A DNA stretch of 64,000 bases, from NCBI GenBank assembly GCA_964658305.1, contig OZ210885.1, positions 19,840,001 to 19,904,000 of the forward strand, in the 5' to 3' direction. Each line of letters starts with the position of its first letter. Within the stretch, counting starts at the first letter, position 1. Source of the stretch: Leptogorgia sarmentosa (Eukaryota). Of the stretch, positions 14,207 to 24,363 are shown piece after piece. Both the position numbers and the translations under genes were made by a program. The notes beneath the pieces are model-generated. The model did not search any database. It saw only the letters and a list, made by a program, of their open reading frames with translations, and was not told where the DNA came from.

Positions 14207-15733
14207 TTAAATCATAGTACGTAAAATTGCGAGACACTGAAGATACGTGTTTTTACCATTTGTACTATCTTCTTGCAAAGGGTTGCATTGGTTTGATAAA
14301 CTTGTCATCTGTTCAACAGAAATTTGGATGCTTGTTTCCGGAACTACAACTTGATAGCCATCTTCCTCCACAGATAATGGACCAGACCCATCAAAACCAT
14401 AATGGGGCGTATATCCAGCATCTAATATACTTTGAACTCCAGAATAACCGGACTGCTGATTTTCGATTACACCGGACGTAAATAACTGAAGTGGAGTGCG
14501 ATTTCGTTCAGATGACAAGGGATGGTTTTTCCATTGGTCTTTGAATTCTTGTAAACATCTATTTATTCGTGGAATATATACATAATGCAATGCAAATAAA
14601 TGTAACTCATTGAGCGGGTCCAGAAGCTGATTGTCTTCCAATCGAGTAAATGTTCTTGCAAAGAAACAAAGAACTCCAGAGTAAACATCTCTGTGAGCCC
14701 TCTCAACATGAGAGTTGTGTACCGAACTACCGGTAATGATGCTTCCTCTTCCAGTGCCTCTGCGTTGCAACATAAACTGCGCCACTTTAAAATTTTCCAT
14801 ACCATGGTCACTACGGACCCTCGACGGTAATCCGTAGTTATTCACTCCTCCTATAAATTGATTCAAAACTGTACTTGCTTTATTGTTGTTGCAACAGTGT
14901 GCGTAAATAATAAGTCGTGAATATCCGTCAATACATAAATGCACAACAAGTCTATATCTGATGAGTTTGTGGTTCCCGTCTATGTGCCACAAAGCATTTG
15001 GGGTTGGAACGCTGTATTTTCTTCGATAAATTGGTGAACGCCACCGCAGTGCAGTACCAATAGGGTCAATAGAGCGAAGGCAGTTCCTCACTCGCCTCCG
15101 CTGAATGTTCAAACCCCTGCCTCTCAGTGCGCCGAGTAGTCGTGCTTGTCCTATATTCGGAGTTAATTCTTGGATATTTCGAACGGTTCTTTCTAACTCG
15201 TCGTCCGTAATCACTGTCCAGTTCGGTTCCTCCTCTGCTGTCATACCGTACAATATTCTCCTCCTCCTGAGGGTACTTTCGCTTACTCCAAGAAGGTTTG
15301 CAATTTTTACCCAAGAGAAGTGCAATTCTCTAAGAAATCTAATTTGCTCTTCCCCGATAACATAATGTGGGCGACCTGGACGGTTATCCGTTGAAGCGAT
15401 TGGGCAGTTATAGGAATTTTCCCAGGCTGATGCAGACGTGTTGTTGCTGTGATGTTGTAAAATATTGGACAATCGTCTTACCTTGTCGACAATAGTATTT
15501 AAATTTATTGTTACATCTGCGAATGCGTCATTGCCATCAATATCCGTTATCAGTAATTGGAGAGTATCTGCAGCAGTGTTCAGTCGATCTACTGCCTGGT
15601 CAATCTCTTCCACTGACAATCCCTGAGACCTGCTTTGCTCTTCAAACGATGCAACTGACCCCAACAATGATTTAAGATTGTGGAAGAATAAAAACAATCC
15701 CGATTCATTTCTTTCTCTCCTAGTTTGACTCAT
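14207..15733 (-). CDS. IS3EU transposase (HTH plus rve-type DDE integrase core), 508 aa
   Basis: Uninterrupted ORF. HTH FSWVKIANLLGVSESTLRRR; DDE motifs WHIDGNHKL, CIDGYSR, PSRVRSDHGMEN, SVHNSHVERAHRDV. Confidence 0.9.
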   Translation of the reverse strand: MSQTRRERNESGLFLFFHNLKSLLGSVASFEEQSRSQGLSVEEIDQAVDRLNTAADTLQLLITDIDGNDAFADVTINLNTIVDKVRRLSNILQHHSNNTSASAWENSYNCPIASTDNRPGRPHYVIGEEQIRFLRELHFSWVKIANLLGVSESTLRRRRILYGMTAEEEPNWTVITDDELERTVRNIQELTPNIGQARLLGALRGRGLNIQRRRVRNCLRSIDPIGTALRWRSPIYRRKYSVPTPNALWHIDGNHKLIRYRLVVHLCIDGYSRLIIYAHCCNNNKASTVLNQFIGGVNNYGLPSRVRSDHGMENFKVAQFMLQRRGTGRGSIITGSSVHNSHVERAHRDVYSGVLCFFARTFTRLEDNQLLDPLNELHLFALHYVYIPRINRCLQEFKDQWKNHPLSSERNRTPLQLFTSGVIENQQSGYSGVQSILDAGYTPHYGFDGSGPLSVEEDGYQVVVPETSIQISVEQMTSLSNQCNPLQEDSTNGKNTYLQCLAILRTMI

Positions 15734-15793
15734 TCTCGAAGTTCAGAAAAGATGCTGATGATTTTAAAATACTGGACATTATAAGCCTTTTTG

Positions 15794-15999
15794 GTTGAGC
15801 ATATAAAAAGTAGTTGAGCATATAAAAAGTAGTTGAGCATATAAAAAGTAGTTGGGCATATAAAAAGTAGTTGGGCATATAAAAAGTAATTGAGCATATA
15901 AAAAGTAGTTGAGCATATAAAAAGTAGTTGAGCATATAAAAAGTAGTTGAGCATATAAAAAGTAGTTGGGCATATAAAAAGTCGTTGGGCATATAAAAA
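15794..15999 (-). repeat. 19-bp tandem array, ~11 copies, inner part of the right TIR of the IS3EU element
   Basis: (GTAGTTGRGCATATAAAAA)n, the reverse complement of the 10230-10334 array. Confidence 0.95.
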
Positions 16000-18064
16000 C
16001 ATGAATACAGCACATAAAAAGTAAAAACCTCGGAAAACCCCCAGAAAATGGCAAAAAAGGTAAAGAAGTTGACCAAATATAAAGTTTAATGTACCAAATA
16101 TATTCAATTAGAATATTGACTAGTTCGGCGCCCCATATTTTGGTAGTCATAGAGAAGTTGTTTCAGTAAACTTTTTTGTTCTCTTAATACATTTCTTGTT
16201 GGTGTGGAATGTCCTTTGTCACCACTATTTGGAAGGCCAAATTCTGGAAGGGGAACAGAGCAACCACTTTCCTCACATTCACAGATTTTGTGACAATTCA
16301 AGCAACAATTATGGCCAACTGTTGGCACTGGAATATTTTCTGGTACTTCAAATGAGCTGTACAGTTTTCCTCTTAAACACGCTGTTGTGGAACAATAATC
16401 TTTCATTTCTTTCTCACAATTGTTCAATTGACGTTGAATATATAGAAGGACACCAGAAGACATTTCTCTATCTCTTCCAGCTCGTCCAATCTCTTGTACA
16501 AATTCTTCGATGTCATGTGGTGGCCCATAATGAACTACCATTCTTATATCTGGGAAGTTAACTCCCATACCAAGTGCATTTGTTGCAAACACTAATCGAC
16601 AAATTCCATCCTGTTTGTAAAATGAATCCATTACAAGTTTTTGATGCTTCTGTAGTGTCACACTGTGGAACATTCTAAACATTAACATTTTGGCAGTTTC
16701 TGTTGTAGATTCAGCACTTCTATAAAAACTTTCACTGCCAAGTTCTGATCTAAATAACCTAAACAGTCTCCCACAGTCCTTAATTGACTTGCAATAAACT
16801 ATTGTTTTTGCCATTTTTATTTTTTCCTTTCTTAGCAACTCTATCAGCCATAGGAATGTTTTTTTAATGTCAGATGTGACTTGGCATTTGTACAAATAAA
16901 TATTGCTACGAGCTGGGCACACAAATTTTCAGATGGTCATCTCTTAAATTCAGAGACTTGACAACAGCTTCCTGTGTTGCTCTATTAGCAGTAGCTGTAA
17001 GGGCTAGTACAGGCACTAGTGGTTCTTGACAACAAAGGGATCTCAGCTCACTCAGTCTTGAGAAGGACTCGCGAAAAGCAGACACAAACTGCTTTTTGGA
17101 GCGTTGGCCATAACCCCTAGAATTAACAATATATTAAACATAAATCATAATACATGTTGCGTTTCCCTCTTAAAATGGGAGCCTCAGTCTTACCACTTTG
17201 GAACAACATGGACTTCGTCTGTCACAATGCCAAACAATCGTTTCTTGTAGGCTTCCTTTTGTAATAAACATCGCCACTTCTTTGATAGAAATATTTCTGG
17301 GCTGCCAAATACGAAAGAATACTTCCCTTCGTTAACATGCTTCCCCCACCAGACTTATGGCCGTCAGTCCCTTCTCCTGCAGTTGTCTAACATGCGAATC
17401 AATCAAAGAGTTCAATGGACAAACAACAAGAACAATGGGGTCTGGACTGTATTCTGACGATCCTCTACACGATAACTCTTCGCAAATATCACAGATCACT
17501 TGAAATATTAACGATTTTCCATATCCCGTAGGCAAGATTGCAAAAACGTCCCGTCGATTTACGAAGGCTAACACGCTATCCTTCTGTAAATCTGTCAACT
17601 GTTTGATTTCAGGAAAATGCAGTGGAAGAACTACAGACAAGGCGTCTTCCAATAGGCCTTTTGAAATGCCTTCTCCTCCAAATGCCATCGAAAATCCTCG
17701 ACAAACCAGTTGTTCAATGTGAACCCGATGACCCGTACGAGGACTATATTTCACACTATTTACTGCGACAATAATGCCGCAGTGGACTACCCAGGGGATA
17801 TAATTGAGTTGTCATCACCCCCCTATTAGCGATTTCTGCACCAATCAAATTTCGGAGTCAACTTCTGACTCCTATCGCTGATTGGCTCGCGTAGATCAAA
17901 TTCTCAACGGGTGTCACCAGAAGTTCTCTCGCCACGTCCGCTTTTCCGCATCGTGACACCCCGGCGGCATAGAGCCTCTGGGACCAGGGTATATATTAGT
18001 TTGTAATTTTGTAAATAGTTACTGAAAAGCCTTTATAGGAGTAATTGTTAAAGTATTATTATTA

Positions 18065-18322
18065 TTATTTCTTCTGAGAACACTTCAGCCTCTTGGTCAG
18101 ATTTTCTACTTTATCTGTCAAATCACATACCTGATTCCTCAGTATATGAGGCGATTTCATGCAATACGTATGATCATGAGCAACCCTTTCGGATTCAATT
18201 TCTACATGTCGTGCTCTTTTGTGGGTCCTGCTTACCTCAATTTCTTCTTCCCCTACGTTTTTTCTCTTACCTTCTGGCATACTTACGTTGTTGTTGCTCA
18301 CAACCTCTTCTATGACATCCAT
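18065..18322 (-). pseudogene. Probable N-terminal fragment of the same THAP9/P-like transposase
   Basis: HDHTY (HCF1-binding-type DHxY motif) followed by a coiled coil, typical of THAP proteins. Same strand as, and upstream of, 2538-3890 across the AcademH insertion. Confidence 0.55.
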
Positions 18323-19277
18323 AGCAATCGCTCTTTAAAGGACAACTCTGGATTACTTTGTTTGCAAAATAGCTTGCTGAGGGTAGAAAAACCCTTGAAA
18401 TTGCAAAGGAATTATCTCGTGACCACAGAACTATAAAACGATTTGTGACCAATGTAAACCATACGAGAAAAAGAAGTTACAAACGGGACAAATGCTGTCC
18501 AGACATGAAGTATCTGCCATAAAGTGAGAGGCTGTTAAACATCCTCTCTTAACAAGTAAACAACTTTAACATGTCATCACAGGATTCTTCAAAAGCAACA
18601 TCTAGTCTAAAATGGCATTAATTCTGTATTTTAATGTTTTAACTAATTGTTTTTGGTATATTTGATCATCTATGACAGTCACTATGTTCTTCAATGTGTT
18701 TTGGTCGGTGACCTTTCATAGAAGGCCCCTGGTTAATAGCTTTTCCTCAAAATGCTAGACACTGACAAAATTGCAGTTCACCAAATATTTGGCCTTTACA
18801 ATTCAAACTGCCTTCACATCACCACAGAGTTTTTGCGTCTACGATGCTAAGCAATGTAGAGGCATAAAAATTTCTGGTAGGCAGGCTGGCTGTGTTTCGA
18901 CAACGAATATGACGTATTTTGACGTCACAAGCTCTGAAGGTAAACACTAACACTCATAAACGTTGTTATCTCTACCGATGATGTATCGAACTTTGAGCAA
19001 ATTAACTCGTGCATGTTTCACAAATCGCAAGTAATTTCCAAGCTTTGTAAAGCGACTTCTAAACAGGGTTTTCATGTACTTTGTGTTGAGGAATCATCTT
19101 TTCATGGTTGTTGATGAGATACAAGGGTTTTAAAACAAAATTTAGTGTAGCATTTTGACAAAGCGCATTCTACTCACACCTCTATTGTTATTGTTTGAAA
19201 GACATTGAAATAATTTATTGTGTTGTGGATTAACTGTGACATTTTTAACATTCCATTTTCGAAACAAATTGAAATTA

Positions 19278-19340
19278 ACAGGCGTCCACACACAAAACAT
19301 CGAATCTTACTGGAATCGTGTTAAAATGAAGTTCAAAGCT
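19278..19340 (+). pseudogene. Merlin/IS1595 (ISXO2-like) transposase C-terminal motif remnant
   Basis: Translates TGVHTQNIESYWNRVKMKFKA, the HTQ.IE..W motif around the catalytic Glu. Confidence 0.6.
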
Positions 19341-19596
19341 ACGAAGTTCAAATGCGTCACATTATATTTTCGGATTGTATTATACTGATCATACAGCGAG
19401 TTTCAAAATTTGTGCGTGTCTATATTTGTATCTGCGAATTCGCAGATACTATGCTATGACGCTGTTAGTTTCTAGCCAATCAGCGACAAGCTTTTGCTTA
19501 CAATTACATAATGCAAGATGGCGGCGTTCGATCGGATTTTTGCGAAAATGTGAAGTGCAGTGTTTTAGTACGGTTGGCAGCTCTCTTCTTTTGCCT

Positions 19597-19755
19597 TTAG
19601 TGTTTTGTGTTTTTCCGGTGAAAGCACACTCCTCGGACCGTCTCGTCCTTTGTGTGTAATTTCATGTCGAAATATTGACAGTTGGTGTCGCTCCGTTTAA
19701 CAGGACTCATGCTGTGGACGTAGCAATTCAACTCTGTGTTTTTTGGATTCATCTT
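19597..19755 (-). pseudogene. Fragment resembling the N-terminus of TE-associated OB-fold proteins
   Basis: LNCYVHSMSPVKRSDTNCQYFDMKLHTKDETVRGVCF, a beta-rich pattern recognised by eye. Truncated. Confidence 0.35.
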
Positions 19756-20427
19756 GTATGATTCTTCTTCTACCATATGCTGAACAGGTGACGATGGACA
19801 GAGTGGACGTATATTTATATTCACCTGTCATGTGAGTTAGGGTTGGACAACCAATCAGTATACCTCATAAAAATATTGATTGCCAAGGGTACCTCATAAA
19901 AATATCGATTGCCAAAGATTATGAAAAATAAACTCTAAAATTTACAGGAACACTGCCGTCATTGACCAAAAATAATGGGTTATAACTATTTAATCAGTTA
20001 TATACAGTTACTTTCCAAAAGTTTGAATACACTTTGCAAATCAAATGCAAAAAAATCGATATTTAAAGCACACTATGAACAATATTTCATAGACAATTAT
20101 TTGTTTAATTCACATTTTCAGTTCACAATTAGAAGATACAATTTGATGAAGGTTTAGATCACTGAGCTATACTTATCTGGAGATCGGGCTCTCCTAAAAC
20201 TTCATATAAACTAGGGATCCAATGATAGTGCAAAGTTTCCGAGAAGAATTAAAGTCGTATTTTTTAAAAGAAAACTAAGGAAACATTGTAGACGTGATAC
20301 AAGAAAATAATCACTATTTTATTGTCAGGAAGTAACTGGCAATCGCAGCAGCGCGAGTGTTAAAAGCAGAGTGTTAAAACAAATCAAATAAATCTCTGAC
20401 CTTTTTAAAATTATAACACATCGTACT

Positions 20428-20578
20428 CAGTGGCGAAGCCAGCCCGACATTTGGTCATGCAAATGCAAATTTAAATCATTATGTTATTCATTTCTTTAGA
20501 AATTGATTCCATATACGGTCTATAAACACAGAAAAATTTGCATTTGCATGACCAAATGTCGGGCTGGCTTCGCCACTG
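20428..20578. mobile_element. 151-bp hAT-like MITE (hairpin)
   Basis: ~45-bp perfect TIR CAGTGGCGAAGCCAGCCCGACATTTGGTCATGCAAATGCAAATTT. Imperfect TSD atcgtact / aattcgtact. Confidence 0.8.
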
Positions 20579-23286
20579 AATTCGTACTGAACAAATTAAT
20601 GATCTTAAATGAGTTAAATCATAAAGTGCACGCTACTTCTGCGTCTTAATAAAATATCCAGTTTATTTACAGTATCAGGCCAACGTTAATTAATTTACTT
20701 TTGTATACCTATATATTGTTTAGTTCTTTTAGTATCGAAAATTCTGTAAATACCCGATATGTCGTGTAAACAAACAACCCAGGCTTAGTGAAGCCGTCGA
20801 CTCTTCATACCAGTGTTGTCGAGTCATATAGTCGCATTACAAAGCAACAAGGAGCAACTGACTGAGTTTAATTGTAGTAAATTATTCTTTTACATGAGGA
20901 GTACATTAGTAAATGAATGCCAATACGGCAATACCGCAAGGCGACGAAGAGTATAGCAGACGGCGAAAACAAACATGAAAGCTATAAATGCGAAAGCTCG
21001 CAAATATGTTGCCTATCATCAATCAATTTAAAATTATGGCCATCTTTTTGCGACAAGTTCTACTGTGTTACACATCTAAGTTTGCCCGCTATTTACGAAT
21101 TGCGATGGCAATGTTGGCCAACTAAATGTTTTAATATAATATAATCATAGAATATAATACGCACGGCGGCAGTTAACAGTAGCTATCTTAAATTGTGCAT
21201 TACAAGCCAAATACAAGTTTTCTACTAACAATGATAATAAATTCAAATCTCCAGATTCATTGCTGATATATAAAGAACATTTTAACCGCTTTATCAACGT
21301 ATTCAAACATGTTGGCCACATTATATTATCATTATACTGAATGGCTGATTCACGGTCCCACTCTTAGCGTCCGCCATATTGTGTAATTTCATTCCCCAGA
21401 ATTGTACTGAGTTGCAATTTTTGCAAAAACTGAAATTCCGGAGGGGCCTTCCGCCATTGTGTATTGTATTTCTGCGCTTCATTGATCACATTTCTCATCT
21501 AACAAATGTTCGTATCGATGAGAACAACTGCAAATAATGATGAGCAATGATATATAACTGCAATCGAATCATTTTTGTTCAAACATTTCAAGGAAATCGG
21601 TACACTACGGAGTTTCGCACATCAACAGAATTTGGGACACTCCCCCCGGAGTTTACACTATGACTGAATGACTCAATGACTGAATGACTGATGTGAATTT
21701 TCCCCACTCATCACAGTACTGCAAAGTTTCGAAGAAACTTTGCACTAAAAATGACAATGCATATTTTCATGATAAAGACCACTGACCAGAGGAGGTTGGA
21801 CAGCAGACCGCAAAGTGTCATGGGTAATGAGCGCCTAATTACACGTGCGGCCTCATTCATACTTTGACTGCTGTGATGTAAACATCTCTGGTCCAATTAA
21901 TAATGGACGTTGACTTCGATGTTTCTTGAAAATAACGCGATTGTTGCGATCCTTTCGATGGTTACTGTTCTACTATTCCAAGTTTATCGTTTTTAAATTG
22001 CCTGGCTTCCTTAGTAATCCGTCTTTAATCAAAGAATTGTATCAATTACCGAGTCGCCATGTATGATTCCATGTTTGATGAAGTTAAAACAGTATTCCAG
22101 GTTAGTTTATCAATATTTGAACTATGATGCATTTATTTTAACATATCTTATATATTTTAATATATATATTACTTATTTATAAATATTTGTTTTACGATTA
22201 CATGTTTATCGTATAGTATAAATATCGGGTGTCCTCAAAAAAGAATTTACTTGTAATACAGTTATACTCTAACTTTCTAAGAAATATATGGCTTTATAAA
22301 TCTTCCTTTGTAGCAGACTATCAGGTAGTGAATTTCATTTTGATCTGTATAGCTTATGTAATATTGCATGTTCAAGGTTACATGTAACTTATTTAGGAAT
22401 TCTGATTTTGAGGTGAAGATTTTCTTCTGTTGTGATTTTGTAGAAAGAATTTGCTACATATAAAATTGGTTGACTGATTTTGAAGTTGGGCAAGATGGAA
22501 GTGACCAGTTAAAGCAACTAAAGATGCTGGAATTTGATGAATTAATTAGAATGCTATTAATCTGAAAGCAGCAATAATGAAGACATTCCATTGGTTCCAC
22601 TGCTCATGAAAATATTTCCAAACTTTGATACTGCCATACCTTACAAGTTCTTCAAGAGATGTTTTTAATATAAATAATATAGTACAATAAACCAAGCTCT
22701 ACAGCTATTGAATGAATGCATATGTGTTGGATATACTGTATTTGTACTAAATTAGGTAGTGATTTCCCCACCCATGCAATCATCACTGACAGGATATATG
22801 CACCTTTGAAAATGTGCTTTTAGTAATAAAAACATTACACAACACACTTGGTATATACAAGGTAACATATAATTGTATCAATAAATTTGTGAAACTGTGT
22901 AATTATCTTGAGCACTTGACTTTGTATATTCTCTCTGGAATAGGAAATTTGAGTCATCCATGGTTGTGTGCTAAAAGTATAGCACTTTAGTCTTTTCATC
23001 TTTTCCAGTCTATCAACTTTGCCACATTTTTGATAATAAGACAAACAACACATGACAATTCTATTTCGTCATCAGCCGAAGTTGTTACGGAGTTGTACGA
23101 GAGACAGTACCACGCATGCGTCAACCAGTTGTATCATTCATGGCGGCAAACCAGTCACGCGTAAAATAAGATTCCGGAGAAATTCATGGTCCATCGCCCA
23201 ACTAATGCAAGATTTTGTTTCTGTAACCTAAAGATAAGTATCAACCTTTTCTTATTGTAATTTGTTGTTTTCTGCCCAAATTCTTC

Positions 23287-24363
23287 ATGGATTCAAGCGA
23301 CTTAATCGAGGGAACATCCTCGACTTCAAGTGAAAATCCGACATTAGCTAGTATTTTGTCTGCTATGACGGCTATGCAGAAAAGCATAGCCGAAACGCAG
23401 CGAATGTTCACTGAGCTAAAAGCTCAAAGCTCTCGCGCTACTCCAGCTTCAGAGGAAGCTTGTACCTCGGCTTCAGAGGAAGCAAACACGCCAGCTTCAG
23501 AGGAAGCCCACGCACATGTTTCAGAGGAAGCCCACGCACATGTTTCAGAGGAAACACACACGCAAATGCCTTTGCGCAGTAGTACGGATGATGCCATAAG
23601 CGTTTTTGGCGGGAGTGATTTTGATTCTCCCCTTGAGGAGGATAATGACCAATTCCTCGAGTCTATAGAGGAATCACTTCGACTCTCTGATTCTTATGGG
23701 TCCCCCATTTCGGAAAAAATTGCTAAAATTGTTAATGACAAATTCACCTCAGATTTGGGTATTACTAAACGAAAAGAAATCCTTGAGAAATATAAGACTC
23801 CTGCAAACTGTGACCACTTCTTTGTTCCCAAAGTAAATGAGGCCATTTGGGCAAAGTTGAAGGGTTTCCACAGACAACGTGATTTGCGAGTGGCTGTTCT
23901 GCAGGATTCACTTGTAAGGGTTTCAAGTGCCTTATCAGTAACCATAGATGAGCTTTTAAAATTTCGCGAAGAAAAAAGCAACCCTGATTATCGTGCAATT
24001 GCCACACAGTTATTTGATTCTATCGCACTCCTTGGCCATGTCAATGCTGAGCTCTCATTCAAACGAAGAGACTCACTCAAGCCATTGCTCTGCACTGAAT
24101 TACAGTCTTCTTGTCTTAGATCGAACAAACCACAAAGGTGGCTTTTTGGGGATGATTTATCCAAAACTATCTCTGACTCCAAGCTTGAGGGCCAAATTAT
24201 GGCCCATGATCAACTTTTCAGGCCCCGTTATGCACCTTACCCACAAAGGAAACAATACCCTCAACACCAGCAAAGAAAGCCTTTTTTATCCAATCGGGGG
24301 AGGGGGTCCTTCCCTCCCCTTCACAAGAAGAACAGAGATTTCAAAACCTCACAGTGCCAGTAA
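23287..24363 (+). CDS. DIRS gag-like ORF1
   Basis: Intact 358-aa ORF in first position. Motifs PANC...VPKVNEAIW, LSFKRRDSLKP, WLFGDDL. Five 8-aa xxxSEEAx repeats (24-bp unit) at ~23443-23560. Confidence 0.8.
   Translation: MDSSDLIEGTSSTSSENPTLASILSAMTAMQKSIAETQRMFTELKAQSSRATPASEEACTSASEEANTPASEEAHAHVSEEAHAHVSEETHTQMPLRSSTDDAISVFGGSDFDSPLEEDNDQFLESIEESLRLSDSYGSPISEKIAKIVNDKFTSDLGITKRKEILEKYKTPANCDHFFVPKVNEAIWAKLKGFHRQRDLRVAVLQDSLVRVSSALSVTIDELLKFREEKSNPDYRAIATQLFDSIALLGHVNAELSFKRRDSLKPLLCTELQSSCLRSNKPQRWLFGDDLSKTISDSKLEGQIMAHDQLFRPRYAPYPQRKQYPQHQQRKPFLSNRGRGSFPPLHKKNRDFKTSQCQ

Larger units (their letters stand above)
10092..16137. mobile_element. IS3EU-type DNA transposon, 6046 bp, apparently intact
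   Basis: Termini TATGGGGCGCCGAACTAG...CTAGTTCGGCGCCCCATA. TIRs about 240 bp and near-identical. Perfect 6-bp TSD TTTTGG at 10086-10091 and 16138-16143. Encodes an IS3/IS481-like integrase and a HECT protein. Confidence 0.88.
9761..17688 (-). pseudogene. RecQ-like SF2 DExH helicase of the AcademH element, interrupted by the IS3EU insertion and frameshifted
   Basis: Motif I AILPTGYGKS, Ia VVCPLNSL, II IVTDEVH (~17210), III LALTATA, V/VI FATNALGMGVN..VVHYGPP..EFVQEIGRAGRD, and an RQC-like Zn cluster (CLR...NCCLNC). Removing 10092-16137 and one TSD copy rejoins ..YDYQ-KAEQSEGG..VIKNAKF in frame to the stop at 9761. Confidence 0.85.
3987..17991. mobile_element. AcademH-type DNA transposon (transposase plus RecQ-like helicase), 14.0 kb including nested insertions
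   Basis: 93-bp TIRs at 3987-4079 and 17899-17991 (TACCCTGGTCCCAGAGGCTCTA..., 5 mismatches). TSD TATATTAGT at 3978-3986 and 17992-18000. Convergent transposase-like (+) and SF2 helicase (-) genes match the described AcademH layout. Confidence 0.85.

Noticed and set aside
15794..15999. Regular short repeats resembling a CRISPR array
   Set aside because: Units are contiguous with no unique spacers, are mirrored in the other TIR, and lie in eukaryotic DNA with no cas genes.
16104..17754. Host RecQ/WRN/BLM gene
   Set aside because: It lies inside TIRs and a TSD next to a transposase, lacks HRDC/exonuclease regions, and is frameshifted.
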